Origin: the human T2T-CHM13v2.0 reference genome, Homo sapiens
Reading direction: 5' to 3' (one strand)
Assembly (NCBI RefSeq): GCF_009914755.1
Contig: NC_060936.1
Length of the DNA stretch: 64,000 nucleotides
The notes below the pieces were generated by a model. The model did no database searches, had not been told where the DNA came from, and saw only the letters and a program-made list of their open reading frames with translations. The translations under genes and the position numbers were made by a program. Below are positions 53,294-64,000 of the stretch, piece after piece. Position 1 is the stretch's first letter, and every line of letters begins with the position of its first letter.

Positions 53294-54689
53294 CTAGTTT
53301 GTGTGACTTGTGGAGCATCAGGAAAACCTATTGCTCTCTATGTTTGCCTTGCTAGTGGGTCATGGTGCGGAGAGCAACCATGTTTCTTATTTATTCAGGT
53401 TAATGCAATGAAACTATTATTGAATGGCAAGTAAATCCTCATATGTTTGTGCCATTTGTCACTTCATTATAGATTTTAGATTTGAAAGGGCCATTTATAC
53501 AATGCTGCTTCCTGAATACTTCGCCAGAAAACTTATTACACTATGACTTACTACTTATATATACTTATTACTTAACTGTGTCTAGGTAAGGGGGCTTATT
53601 GGTGGTCCAGAAAGTTCCATTTTTGAAGGTGTGGTTATAGCCTGTTTTTCTATTCAATTGTTATTTCTCTCCCATAAAAAGTTAGGACTTTTTCTTCAAA
53701 ACAAACATTTACTATTATTTAGTTACTACATTTCCAAGAAAAATTCATTATATGGGCCGAGATTGAAAGAATATCAAACATCAGGCATGATTAACGTTTA
53801 ACAGTAAAATTAGATATTATTATCTTGGTTTAATATAACCTTACTTTTTCTCCTAAATTTGAGTTGGATCAATTCACCTTGAGTTACAAATATTGTTTTC
53901 ATTTATTGTTTTGTTGTTGCTTGAATATTAACACCAATGATTTGTTTCACTCAGAATTTCGTCTCTTTTCAAAAGAGAAAATCTTTGGCTGCTTACTTGG
54001 GAAATGGAAGTCAAGTTACAATTTCTTGAGAAGGTTTGGTTCATAGTAAGTGACAGAAAAATGGATTTTTTGTGGGCCCATGTATATCACCTTACCCAGA
54101 GGTGAGATAATTCCTTCTGAGCCATCTAGATTTGAGTTTTTCTTAAGTCAGAGCAGGGTCTTTCTTTCTAGAAGTTCCAACAGTTTTCACTGCTCCTCCT
54201 TACTGTTCACATATGCCTAAAACTCAAAATGCTCATTTTGTTTTAATCACCTTACGGATTGGCCTACCCTCCCTGTTGGGCTCCTGAGATGTGTTGGAAG
54301 TTCATCTTAAAATCCTAATTTCAGTTGAATTATTCTTAAAAATGAGTCTACCCTTTTTTGAGTCCGTAGTAACAGGGTAAATTATTGCTATCACTATTAC
54401 TGAACTACAATCTAGCTGACGAGGACCAGCAAGGCCTTACCTTTAGTTAGATTTGTTTAGGGAAGCAAGACAGAGGGTCACTCAGGTAACTTTGTTTGTG
54501 GATACAGTTCGTAAAGAAGTGACTGGAGGAGCAGCATCAGAGGGAGGCTTCCTCGTAGCTGTGGAAAGTGTCCTTCATGGAACCCCATTCATCGTTTGTT
54601 CTGAGTTCAGTTGCTACCACTCTAGTAATGTAATAGCAGTTTTGATTCTCTCTCTCTCAAATTAAAAACTACTTTTGATCATATTGAAG

Positions 54690-54810
54690 TTCTAATGCCT
54701 ATCAGCATTACCTTGGAAACTGTTAAAAATGCAGAATCTCAGGCTCACCTGCAGACCTGAATCATATTCTGCATATTGACATGATCCCCAAATCTTGAAA
54801 AGTATTGCTT
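54690..54810. mobile_element. MER5A-like fragment
   Basis: TGTTAAAAATGCAGAATCTCAGGC..CCTGAATCA..TCTGCAT..GATCCCCA. Confidence 0.7.
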
Positions 54811-54829
54811 TCATATGCTGGCCTCTTTA

Positions 54830-57360
54830 TTTTCCCCAAGTCCATCAGCTCTCATCTTTTTATCTCTGTTGATCTTTTCGTTATTATTATTTAGTTTAGA
54901 TTCCACAGTCCATTATTTGCATAACACTCTCACCAATATTCTCAACTCCCTAGTCCTGTTGTCTTAAATTTTTTTTTATCTTTGTCTGACAAATGTCCAA
55001 ACCTGGATGAATGCATCTGTATTCCTTCTCTATGCCTACACTCGAACAGCCTGGCACTGCCACAGATAGTCTCCCAACAGTGGAGCAGATACAGGCAGAT
55101 TGGTGCCGACACATGGGGCCTGTTCAGCCTGCCAGTTCTTCCATGTGTCTCTGGTAAATTCTCTTCCTCTGTCTACAACAATTGTTTTAAACATTCTACA
55201 TTCTATTCAAACCTCGAATATTCTTAACTCCTCCTCATTTGCAGCAGATGACTTCACCTCCTACTTCCCGAAGAAAATAGAAGGCATCAGATGGGAACTC
55301 CCTCAGCTTCCTGCTAGCAAATCCATACAGTTCCATCTGGACTCATGTTCTTCTCTTTTCCTCCTATTTTAGTCTAGGGAGTATCCTTCTCATTTAAGCC
55401 CAATCCCTCCACCTGTGCTTTGGAAACTGCTCATGCCTTCTCACTTCATTATCAACCTTACACTATCAGTTTCTTCTCCCTCCCTGCCCCCATTTCTATT
55501 TATTCGACATACCCTTCTCAACTGGATTATTTCCAATTACATTTAAATCTTCTCATGCCTCTTCCATCTTAAAAAACAACCTTCCTTGTCTCCCAATTTC
55601 TATGTTTCTATCTTTCAACTCCTTTCTATCTTTCCCATTTCTTTCAATCTAAATTTTCTAAAGATGTCTCATTGTTTGGTGAGTCCATTTTCTCACTTCA
55701 AACTCCCTCCTCAATCCTCTTTAATTTGGCAGTTGTTCCTGGCACTGCACCAAAACAACTTTGGCTAAGGTCACCAATGACCTCCATGATTTAAGTCCAA
55801 TGGACATTTTCCAGTATTTTTTTTTCTAATCTCCCAGCACTCTTTGTTTTGTTGAGATGTGTTTATTTTGGCTCCAAAACACCATGCTATCCAGGTTTTC
55901 CTTCTTACTTTCTAGCATTTCCTTCTCTTTTACTTTGCAGATGGCTGGTCTGTAAGCTTCTTCCTCTTTCCATTTTATGCTCTGTTATAGGTTAGCTTCT
56001 CTAGGTAAAATATTGTTGACATAGAGTTTAGGGTGCAAGATGGTTGTTATGAATCAATACCTGCCAAAGGAAAGCATAGAGATGAGAAAGGAGTTGAAAT
56101 TTGATGCAAGTCTAGCAAAACTTTGGCCATTGGGGGACATTCTGGATCATAGGTTCATCCCACATTTGACTGAAGTGGCCAGGCCTTCATATTCCTGCCA
56201 TGTTCATTCATTAGATGTGGTGTCCCCGGAAAAGAAATGAGGTCCTGTGTGGAGTTTTCCCAGCTAAGGTATATCCTGAAAGAGCTAAGAGCTGGAAGCT
56301 GGAGGCTGTCTGCTGATTTCATTCTCCATCAATCTGGGCATCAAATCCTTTGGTGGAGGTAGAGCTGAGTGGTGCACCTCTGGATTTATTACATATTCTC
56401 TCTTCTAGATAGTATTTTTGATATCCATGGCTCAATTTTCATCAATTGACTAATGATTCCCAAATTTATACCTCCAGACCAGACCTGTGAGTTCCTGACC
56501 CTTACACTCAACTGCCTATTGAATATTTTTTCTTGGGTTTCTCAAAAAGATCTCAAGTTTATCATCTCTAAACCTCATCAATCAACAAATCTTGTCAAAT
56601 TTATATCCTAAATATCTGTGAATCCATTCACTTCTCTCCTTCACTACTGCTACGATTCTAGCCCATACTACCATTTTCTCTAGCTGGACTCCTATAAGTC
56701 ATTCTATTTGATTTTCCCATATCCACTCCTCCTTTCATCCATTTATTATATTGAAGCAAGCAATATTTTCAAATGCAACTTTAAGTATGTTAATTCCTCT
56801 CTATGCACCACTCCCATCACTTTAGGGACTTCCCATTGCTGTTTTAAATAGAAGCCAAAATTATGAAGCGAGCCTTCAAAGGGCTCCTATGGTTTGGCTT
56901 CTACCTATGTCTCCGGCCTACCTTTACTCTACTCTACTTTTTTCCTCAATTCGTACATCCAGTGACATTGATTTTTTTTCTTAGTTTTCCTAATGGACTC
57001 ACAGAGAGTCTCACAGCGCTGTTTTCTCTACTAGAAATATTCTTCTTTCATTCTTCAGCTGATTAGCTATTACTTCTCCTCCAGTTCTCAGCTCAAGCCT
57101 CATTTTTTCAGATAAGCTTTCCTTAAGTCTCTCATGTAGGTGAGGCTCTTATAGCCTTCTGTTCTATTTCTTCATAGCACATAGGTTAGAATGTAAATGT
57201 ATTCCCATTTATGTGATTATTTGACTAATGTTTGACTCCCCTACTAGTAATCTCCAAGAGTATAGGACACCACTGTCACTTTGCAATGTTTCCAGAACTT
57301 GGCACATTGCCTTACCCAGAGTAGGCCCTTAATACAGTACATGTTTGTTGAATGAATGAA
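54830..57360 (+). mobile_element. Long L2 remnant
   Basis: CAGCAGATGACTTCACCTCCTACTTC, AAGGTCACCAATGACCTCC; tail TGTTTGTTGAATGAATGAA. Confidence 0.8.
55983..56393 (-). mobile_element. LTR16-like ERVL LTR within L2
   Basis: TGTTATAGG..AGAGTTTAGGGTGCAAGA..CTGAGTGGTGCACC..TTACA. Confidence 0.5.
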
Positions 57361-58674
57361 AATCTCCTAGCCAAAGTAACGGATAAAGTTGTTAGCCACC
57401 AGCCAATATGCTTTTCTTGGTGCTAAACTTTTGTTCTAGGCTACTTAAGAGGCTCTTGGTTCAGCCTATTGGTTGCTTCTGGGGAAGAGATTGTTTAAAG
57501 TCTGGGTAGTCTGATTCCATGCACTAACCTCAGTCAATCTTGTTCTAGGAGCTACATCTGGTTGCTTTCTCAGAAGGTGCCTATTGCCATAATAGACCTT
57601 GGAGAACAAGAGGCTATTCTCCACTTCAGCCCTCTCGTTTATTTACATTAGAGATTAAATAACATTCAATTTGAATCTTTGGTAGATCTAAGAAAAATAA
57701 AACCTACTCACACTGTGCTTCTCTGATTATTATGTTTAATGCCATTATAAGCACAATCCTTAGTAAGCAAGCCCTATCAAATGTGCTGTTAACGCTAATT
57801 GAGTAGCGTTGTAGGAAAGTTACCTTAGGAATGTTCACTGCAGCTAACTGGTGTTGCACAAAATCTAAATACTTTGCTCATATAAGCTCATGAATACTAA
57901 TGGCTTTGCTTGATTGGAAAATTCTCAAAGTGATTTGCCAACACACAGAAAGTTCACCAATACTAGCCAGGTCTGAGGCTGCAGCTGGGGGCAGCTGTTT
58001 AATGCAGCACAATTAAGCCTTTCAACATGCAAATGCAAAGGAACACCTTATTCAACTGGAGCTTCAGGGGAAATTTAGAAAGGCATATGCAATTATGCAA
58101 ATTGGACAGTTTCCAAAGAAAGAGTTGGCCAACATCTTTAATTTAGCAAAGAGGGTCATTATCAATTTTTATATATAAATCTCCATCTGTCCTTGGAGAG
58201 ATAATGAGTCCCCTAGGATACAAAGTGAAGAGATGTTTTTCATGGAGAATCGGTAATACAGAAACAATAATATTGATGCCAAGATACATATAGCATCTGC
58301 TATCAAATAGACAGCTATACCGCACATAATTAAGCAGTGCTAAGCAGTGGCCAAGGTCTAGAATTTTCATTATGCATGAATTTTTATTTTTGTGTTGTGA
58401 ATAGCTCCCTGGCAAAAGTGGATAGAAGATAAACATCACTTGGCATGTTGTCTCCCAAAAAATGGCTTGGAAAAAAATCCAGTCAAACATCTACAAACAG
58501 CCAATGTTTAGAAAATAAATGTTAATAAGTATATAGTTATAATTTTTCTTATTGTCAAAGTGGAAACCTGAATTCAGCTTTCAGTGAAAAAATTATTGTA
58601 GTTTCTCTTATATTTTTGTTTCTTGGGAAGCAAAGGGAGCAACTAAAAAGAGTTTCTTTTTTATGTCAAGAATA

Positions 58675-59260
58675 AATCGATTCGTTCAATATATAATCAT
58701 TTTATTGGGCACCCACAATGTGCAAGGCAATGTATTGGGTGTTAGGGCTACAACAGTGAGCAAAACTTAGACACAGTCCCTGCCTTGGCATTTATAATGC
58801 AGTGAGTATGACAGGCTATAATCAAGTAATCACACAAACAACTGTAAAGCCACAGCAGTGGCAAGGCATATCAAGGAGAAGTACTTAGTACAGTGCTATG
58901 AAGATAAAAAATTAATCTAATGGTTAGTTTGATGTGGTCAGACAGGTCAGGGAGAGCTTCTCTAGAAATTGGAATTTTGAGCAGCATGGGGAATAAAAAA
59001 ACTTGCCTGGCAAAAATGAGAGCCTATGTGCTATCTCTGTGGAGGGAGGTTGTCTGGCATGTAGGGAGAAGTGAAGGAAGGCTAACGAGGCTGCAGTGGA
59101 GAGAGCTCATGGCAGGGTATAACATGAAAGGGGGTACCAGGGACTAAACCAGGCTGGGCTCTGTGTATCATGTTAAGGTGTTTGGTCTTTCCCTTCAGAG
59201 CAATGGAAAATATTAAAGAGTTCTAAGCAGAAGTTTCCAAGGTCCAATGTGTATTAATTC
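58675..59260 (-). mobile_element. L2 3' part
   Basis: TTTATTGGGCACCCACAATGTGCAAGGCA..GTCCCTGCC..CATGTTAAGGTGTTTGG. Confidence 0.7.
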
Positions 59261-59749
59261 CTGTTTAATGTCAATTCCATTTATATTGTCAATATATATT
59301 TGCTAAAACATGTGTGGAATAATAACCTGTATGCAGGATAACTGCATATTTTACTTTATGTCACATCTTACATTTGAGGTATTTTGAAAAGGAAGTTTGA
59401 TGCCCTCTTCGCCACCATTTTGAGAATGATTAATAAATTAATTAAATTGAATTTATTGAAATCTTAAAACAGCTTTGCTTTTTAAGTATTGAAACAACCT
59501 TGATCACTAAAAGATTTAAGAAAGGTGAGGACTAATAACTATTTTCAGTTTAGGTGAACAGAGGATGTGAAGCCAGAAATAAAATGATGGGGATGTGTAG
59601 ATAAGAAAGTGAAAAATATAAGATTAAGTTTTGGTATTAAAAAATATAAAAAGTACAAAGTCAGGTGTGAGTATTAAATGACAATGTTTAATCTGAATGA
59701 ATGCAAAGGAGCTACTTGGAAAGCAAAATGAATGCGGACAAATGATATG

Positions 59750-60290
59750 TTTTTGAGCTTTTCTTTTTTTTCTATTTTGCCAGCTTTGCATCTTTTCCTT
59801 TTGGACGGAATCCTTTCTGCACTGTTAGTCCTTCCATGTGATTTGAGTGAGACTGACCCTGCCTACCAACCCAGGGGTGGCCAACCAGAGTACTCTATTT
59901 CCTGGCTACAATGATTGACTTAGTGAGGAGTCTGTGATCCCAGAAGGTACCATAGGAGTCATTCTTGTAATAATTTTTGAAGCTAGTGAGAAAGATGTGT
60001 TCTGTTTTTTGGGGGTGGAGGAGTGGGGTGAGGAATAGCTATTGTAACAATAGATTAAGATTCAAGTGTTCTCCTTTGCCACTGATAAGGAAGAACTTGC
60101 CTGAAAAAGAAGCCAATAGAAAGGAAAGCCGAGTCAAGAAATGGAGAAGAAGACAGATTGCCAATGACAAAAGTTAACCTTCTGGAATCAGCTACATATT
60201 GAAATTTCCTATTATGTAGCCCAATCAATTTTCTTATGTGTTTAAGCTAGATTGAGTTGAGTTTCCATCATTTGAAGTTACGAATCCTTT
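59750..60290 (+). mobile_element. Old MLT1K/L-like LTR
   Basis: GGCCAACCAGAGTACTC..CCTGGCTACAATGATTG..TTTAAGCTAGATTGAGTTG. Confidence 0.5.
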
Positions 60291-60503
60291 CTTTGCACCA
60301 AAGGTGCAAAAAACTTATCCCAGATCAGTCTAACCATCTGTCTTCTCTCTACACCTGGGATCTTAAAAATACTTATAAAAAGTGTTATAAGAACAGCTCA
60401 GAGATGCAAAGTTCTGCCAGAGATCACATAAGCTTGTGGGTTGGTGCTATGACAGCCATGGTTCACAGCACAGCTGGGACCTCAACACTACTTGGCAATA
60501 TTT

Positions 60504-61116
60504 ATTTATTTACATACATATTTTTAATTGACAGAGAAAAATTGTGCATATTTGTTGTGTACAACATGTTGTTTTAAAATAAGTACCCTAATGCTAATGG
60601 TTAATTAAGCTAATTAACATATGCATTACCTCACATCCTTTTTTTTGTTGTGGGAACACTTAAAATGTACTCCCAGCAATTTTTAAGAATATAATACATT
60701 GTTATTAGCTATAGTCACTATGTTGTACAATAGATTTCTTGAATGTATTCTTCCTATCTGAAATTTTATTCTTTGACCAGCATCTCGCCAGCCACCCCAC
60801 CTTTCCAAGCCACTGGCAACCACCATTCCATTCTCTACTTCTCTACTTCTGTGAGTTCAAGTTTCTTAGATTCCACACATAAGGGAGATCATGTGGCATT
60901 TGTCCCTCTTGTGCCTGGCCTATTTCACTTGACATCATGTCCTTCAGGTTCATCCGTGCTGTTGCAAATGCCAGGATTTCCTTCTTTTTTAAAGCTGAAT
61001 TGTATTGTGTATACATACCACATTTTCTGTCCATTCATCCATTGATGGACACCTAGATTGATTCCATACCCTGGCCATTGTGAACAACGCTGCAATGAAC
61101 ATGAGAGTGCAGACAC
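60504..61116 (-). mobile_element. L1MA (MA6/7-like) 3' end
   Basis: AAGCTAATTAACATATGCATTACCTCACA; TSD TGGCAATATTT (60493-60503, 61117-61127). Confidence 0.85.
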
Positions 61117-61792
61117 TGGCAATATTTTTTGTTTTCTGGTTAGGGTGTCTCCCATTCCCTCAATATTTATCTATTTTGTGAAAATCTCATTATGCCCTCT
61201 ATCCTGCCAATTCTGTCTTCACTCTTAGTGTATGAGGTTGCCTTTTTCTTCACTGAGAAAACTGAAACCATCTGGTAAGAATGCCCTGCAACATCCTTTC
61301 TACCTGCCTACTTGGCTCAGCATCTGCACTCATCCTTTCTTCTTTTCCTCTGGGCACACAAGAAGACATGTGCTTCTCCCTTCTCAAGATAACTCTATGT
61401 TGCGTTTTGTTTTTTTTTTCGTCACCTCCTTTTGGACCTTGCTTTGTCAATCTGCTTTTCTTCTGCATTATCAATCTCTTGAAAGACATCTCAATTTCTT
61501 CACCTTTCATTCACACCTTAACTTGCTACAACTTGACTTCTGCCCCAACTCAAATTGATCTGCTCAGCAAAGCTCACCAATGGCTTCTATATTGCCAGAT
61601 CTTTTTTCTGATCTTCATTGACCCCTCTTCAGCACTTGACATTGTTAAGGGCTTTTGCTTTGAAGTGGTCTTCTTCCTTATATGATTTGCCATGAGCCTT
61701 CTCTCTGATGACCTTTCTACTCTAGCTTTCAGGTTGTTTTATTTTATAGCTCACCGATGAAGACTCATTCTGCCTCATGACGTGCACTAACT

Positions 61793-62000
61793 AATAATAA
61801 TAACTCACATTTATTGAATGCTGATGTTGTGCCAGGCTCATTGGCTTATGAAATTATAATAACTCTTTGAGGTAGGTGCTATAATTATCCTTGTTTACAA
61901 ATTGGAAAGTTGAGGCTAAGAAAGGTTATTTAATTTGCTCAGGGCTATGCAGCTAGTAAGACATGGAGTCAGGCTGGAATCCAGAGTCTGCTTTATATGA
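61793..62000 (-). mobile_element. MIR
   Basis: CACATTTATTGAATGCT..GTGCCAGGC..TGAGGTAGGTGCTAT..CAGCTAGTAAG. Confidence 0.75.
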
Positions 62001-62520
62001 CTTTAAGTAATGAAAGTATAATACACAACAGAAAAGTGGACAAATGCTAGAAAAGAACCTGATGAACCTTCACAAGGCAAACATGCTTGTGTAGCCAGTA
62101 TGCAGATGGAAGAGCAGAATGTTCTCAGCTCTCCAGAAACCCCCTCATATCATCACGGCACTTCACAAAAGAGCAATCAATATTCAGAGTCTAACACTAC
62201 AGGTTAGCTTTGCCTGTTTTCAACTTTATATAAATAGGATCATAGAATCATACAGCATATATGTAAGATTAATTTATTTAGTGGTGAAAAGAAAAGCTCA
62301 TTTATTGTTATTATATTTTAGAACATCATTGTGTAGATACACCACTATTTATCTGTCCTGTTCTTGAATTGATGTTTGGGTTGTTTCCTGTATTTTTTCT
62401 ACTGCAAATAGTGCTATGAATATTCTTGTACACATTTTCTGATGGACAGTGTATGAGTGGAGTTGCTGGGTCATGGGTCATGCCTATACTGGTTTTAGAA
62501 GTGCTGCCAAATGATTTTCA
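62000..62520 (-). mobile_element. L1ME-like 3' end fragment
   Basis: TTTGCCTGTTTTCAACTTTATATAAAT..GTGCTATGAATATTCTTGTACA. Confidence 0.65.
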
Positions 62521-64000
62521 TAATTGATTTTGTCCTAAGGATTGAATATTTCAGATATTATATACCCAGAATAAATCCGTTATCTCCCCAGTAGAATAAA
62601 AAGGTTTCTCTTTTTTATTGCTTATATCTCCCACCTGTGCTCTTCATCCAAAATTTATTTTTATATGTATGGAGGGTACTTTTATTCATTTCATACTCAA
62701 CATGTATTATTACATTGATCAAAATCTTTACTGCATTCACTCCAAAAATAGAATCTTGACCGGAGTGAAATTCTTTTCAAGTATGCTTTATTCTCTTCTT
62801 TCTTTATCCAGATGCCACAGGCACATTTGTTAGGAGTTCTTACATTGTAATGTTGCTCTTCATGTGGCTGCCTTTCATTTATGTATGCTGAAACATTGTT
62901 CATGAACATTGACATGGTAGTCAAAGATGTCATAGTCATACCCTTTTGTTAAAAATTTTTTCCTGGGGTGGGAGGGAGACACACGACTTTGCTTCAATAT
63001 TGCCACAGCAAGCAATTACTGTTGCACAGTGCTGTAATTGTTATTCCTAGTTGGACCAGCTGACTCAAACCCTAGAAAACCATGTGTGATAGAATATATA
63101 CTGCCAACCCAGTAGTTTTCTGTAAAGGAAGCCCATTGTGAAGACTAATTTTCCACTGTAGACTTTTGAATAAAGTCTCTCTTCATTCTTTGAGAGATTC
63201 CTCTATCCCACAGATATGCATAAGTTAAAGTCTTGCATTACTCAGCTGAAATGTTATGTGAACATATGCAAGCAAAAAGTCTCCAAATAATGTCCTCATG
63301 TGTTTGGCGGACTTGTATTTACTTCTTGATTGCATCACTCATATGCTCTAGCTATCTCTTCTACCATTTTATCCGCTGGGGATAACACTTACCCTGTCAT
63401 CCATTCCCACTGTTAATGTTTATCAACGAAGAGAACAAAATAATCTATATTTTGTTCTTCTTCCATGAAATACCCTGTTTTTTAAATATATGTAATATTA
63501 AGCAGTTTATTAGTACATACTCTGGAAATACATAGCTCATGATCTTCAAAGCATTAGGGAAAAAATCTTTTGTTGAGAATGAACGCTTTAATTTAATATA
63601 GGGGCATTGTGGTATAATACAGTGGTGGCTGACATTCAGAGTTCCAGAAATTATTTTTCTACAGAAGTAATGTGGAAAATATGACTAGAAGTGAAATCAC
63701 TTTCCACCTTTTAAAACTGAGCATAATTATCCACATTTACTGTTATCCACAAACTGGTAAGAAATAAAAAATCTCCTAAATTGATTTTAAGTGTGACTGA
63801 TTAATATTCTTTAAATGTTACAATACTGGATCAAGACAGCCAGAACTGGCAAAAAAGCAAGAGTTATGCTTTAACGATGTTTATTTTACTCTAGTTTGAA
63901 TTACTTGTGTCTGATGTTCAATCCCAGGAAGTCTGCTGTTTTCCTTTTGCATGTTGTGATAGGTGTCTAATAATACCTACGTTATGAAGGTTGATTAAAT

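Noticed and set aside
63727-63751. Two perfect DnaA-box 9-mers TTATCCACA at 16-bp period (another at ~5260, reverse)
   Set aside because: The context is primate DNA with no bacterial features; a short local duplication or chance explains it

Overview
AT-rich primate DNA, most likely human (AluJ/S/Y, THE1/MST, L1PB/L1MA/L1MB, MIR, L2, MER-class DNA transposons). There is no intact protein-coding gene, rRNA, tRNA or CRISPR array. The ORF track is mostly Alu, L1 and microsatellite read-through. Two processed pseudogenes are present: a full-length RPL7 retrocopy (27638-28468, +) and a much older, 5'-truncated HSPD1/HSP60 retrocopy (~4715-6035, -) that the ORF track misses. Two near-full-length but internally deleted old L1s and a two-LTR THE1/MST provirus lie on the - strand. 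This orientation bias suggests the window lies within an intron of a + strand gene. I did not find a convincing new multi-gene system. The best leads are small: (1) a 132-bp orphan retroposed insert with 16-bp target-site duplications (TSDs) at 42043-42206; (2) a candidate 10-nt microexon (36693-36702); (3) a candidate recursive splice site with RS-exon (52711-52859); (4) a 39-bp foldback hairpin made inside an L1 (21054-21157); (5) a MADE1 carrying three TIR copies; (6) a dense POU/octamer motif cluster (58027-58102). Repeat subfamily names come from recalled consensus sequences and need RepeatMasker/Dfam confirmation. Boundaries without TSD support are approximate.
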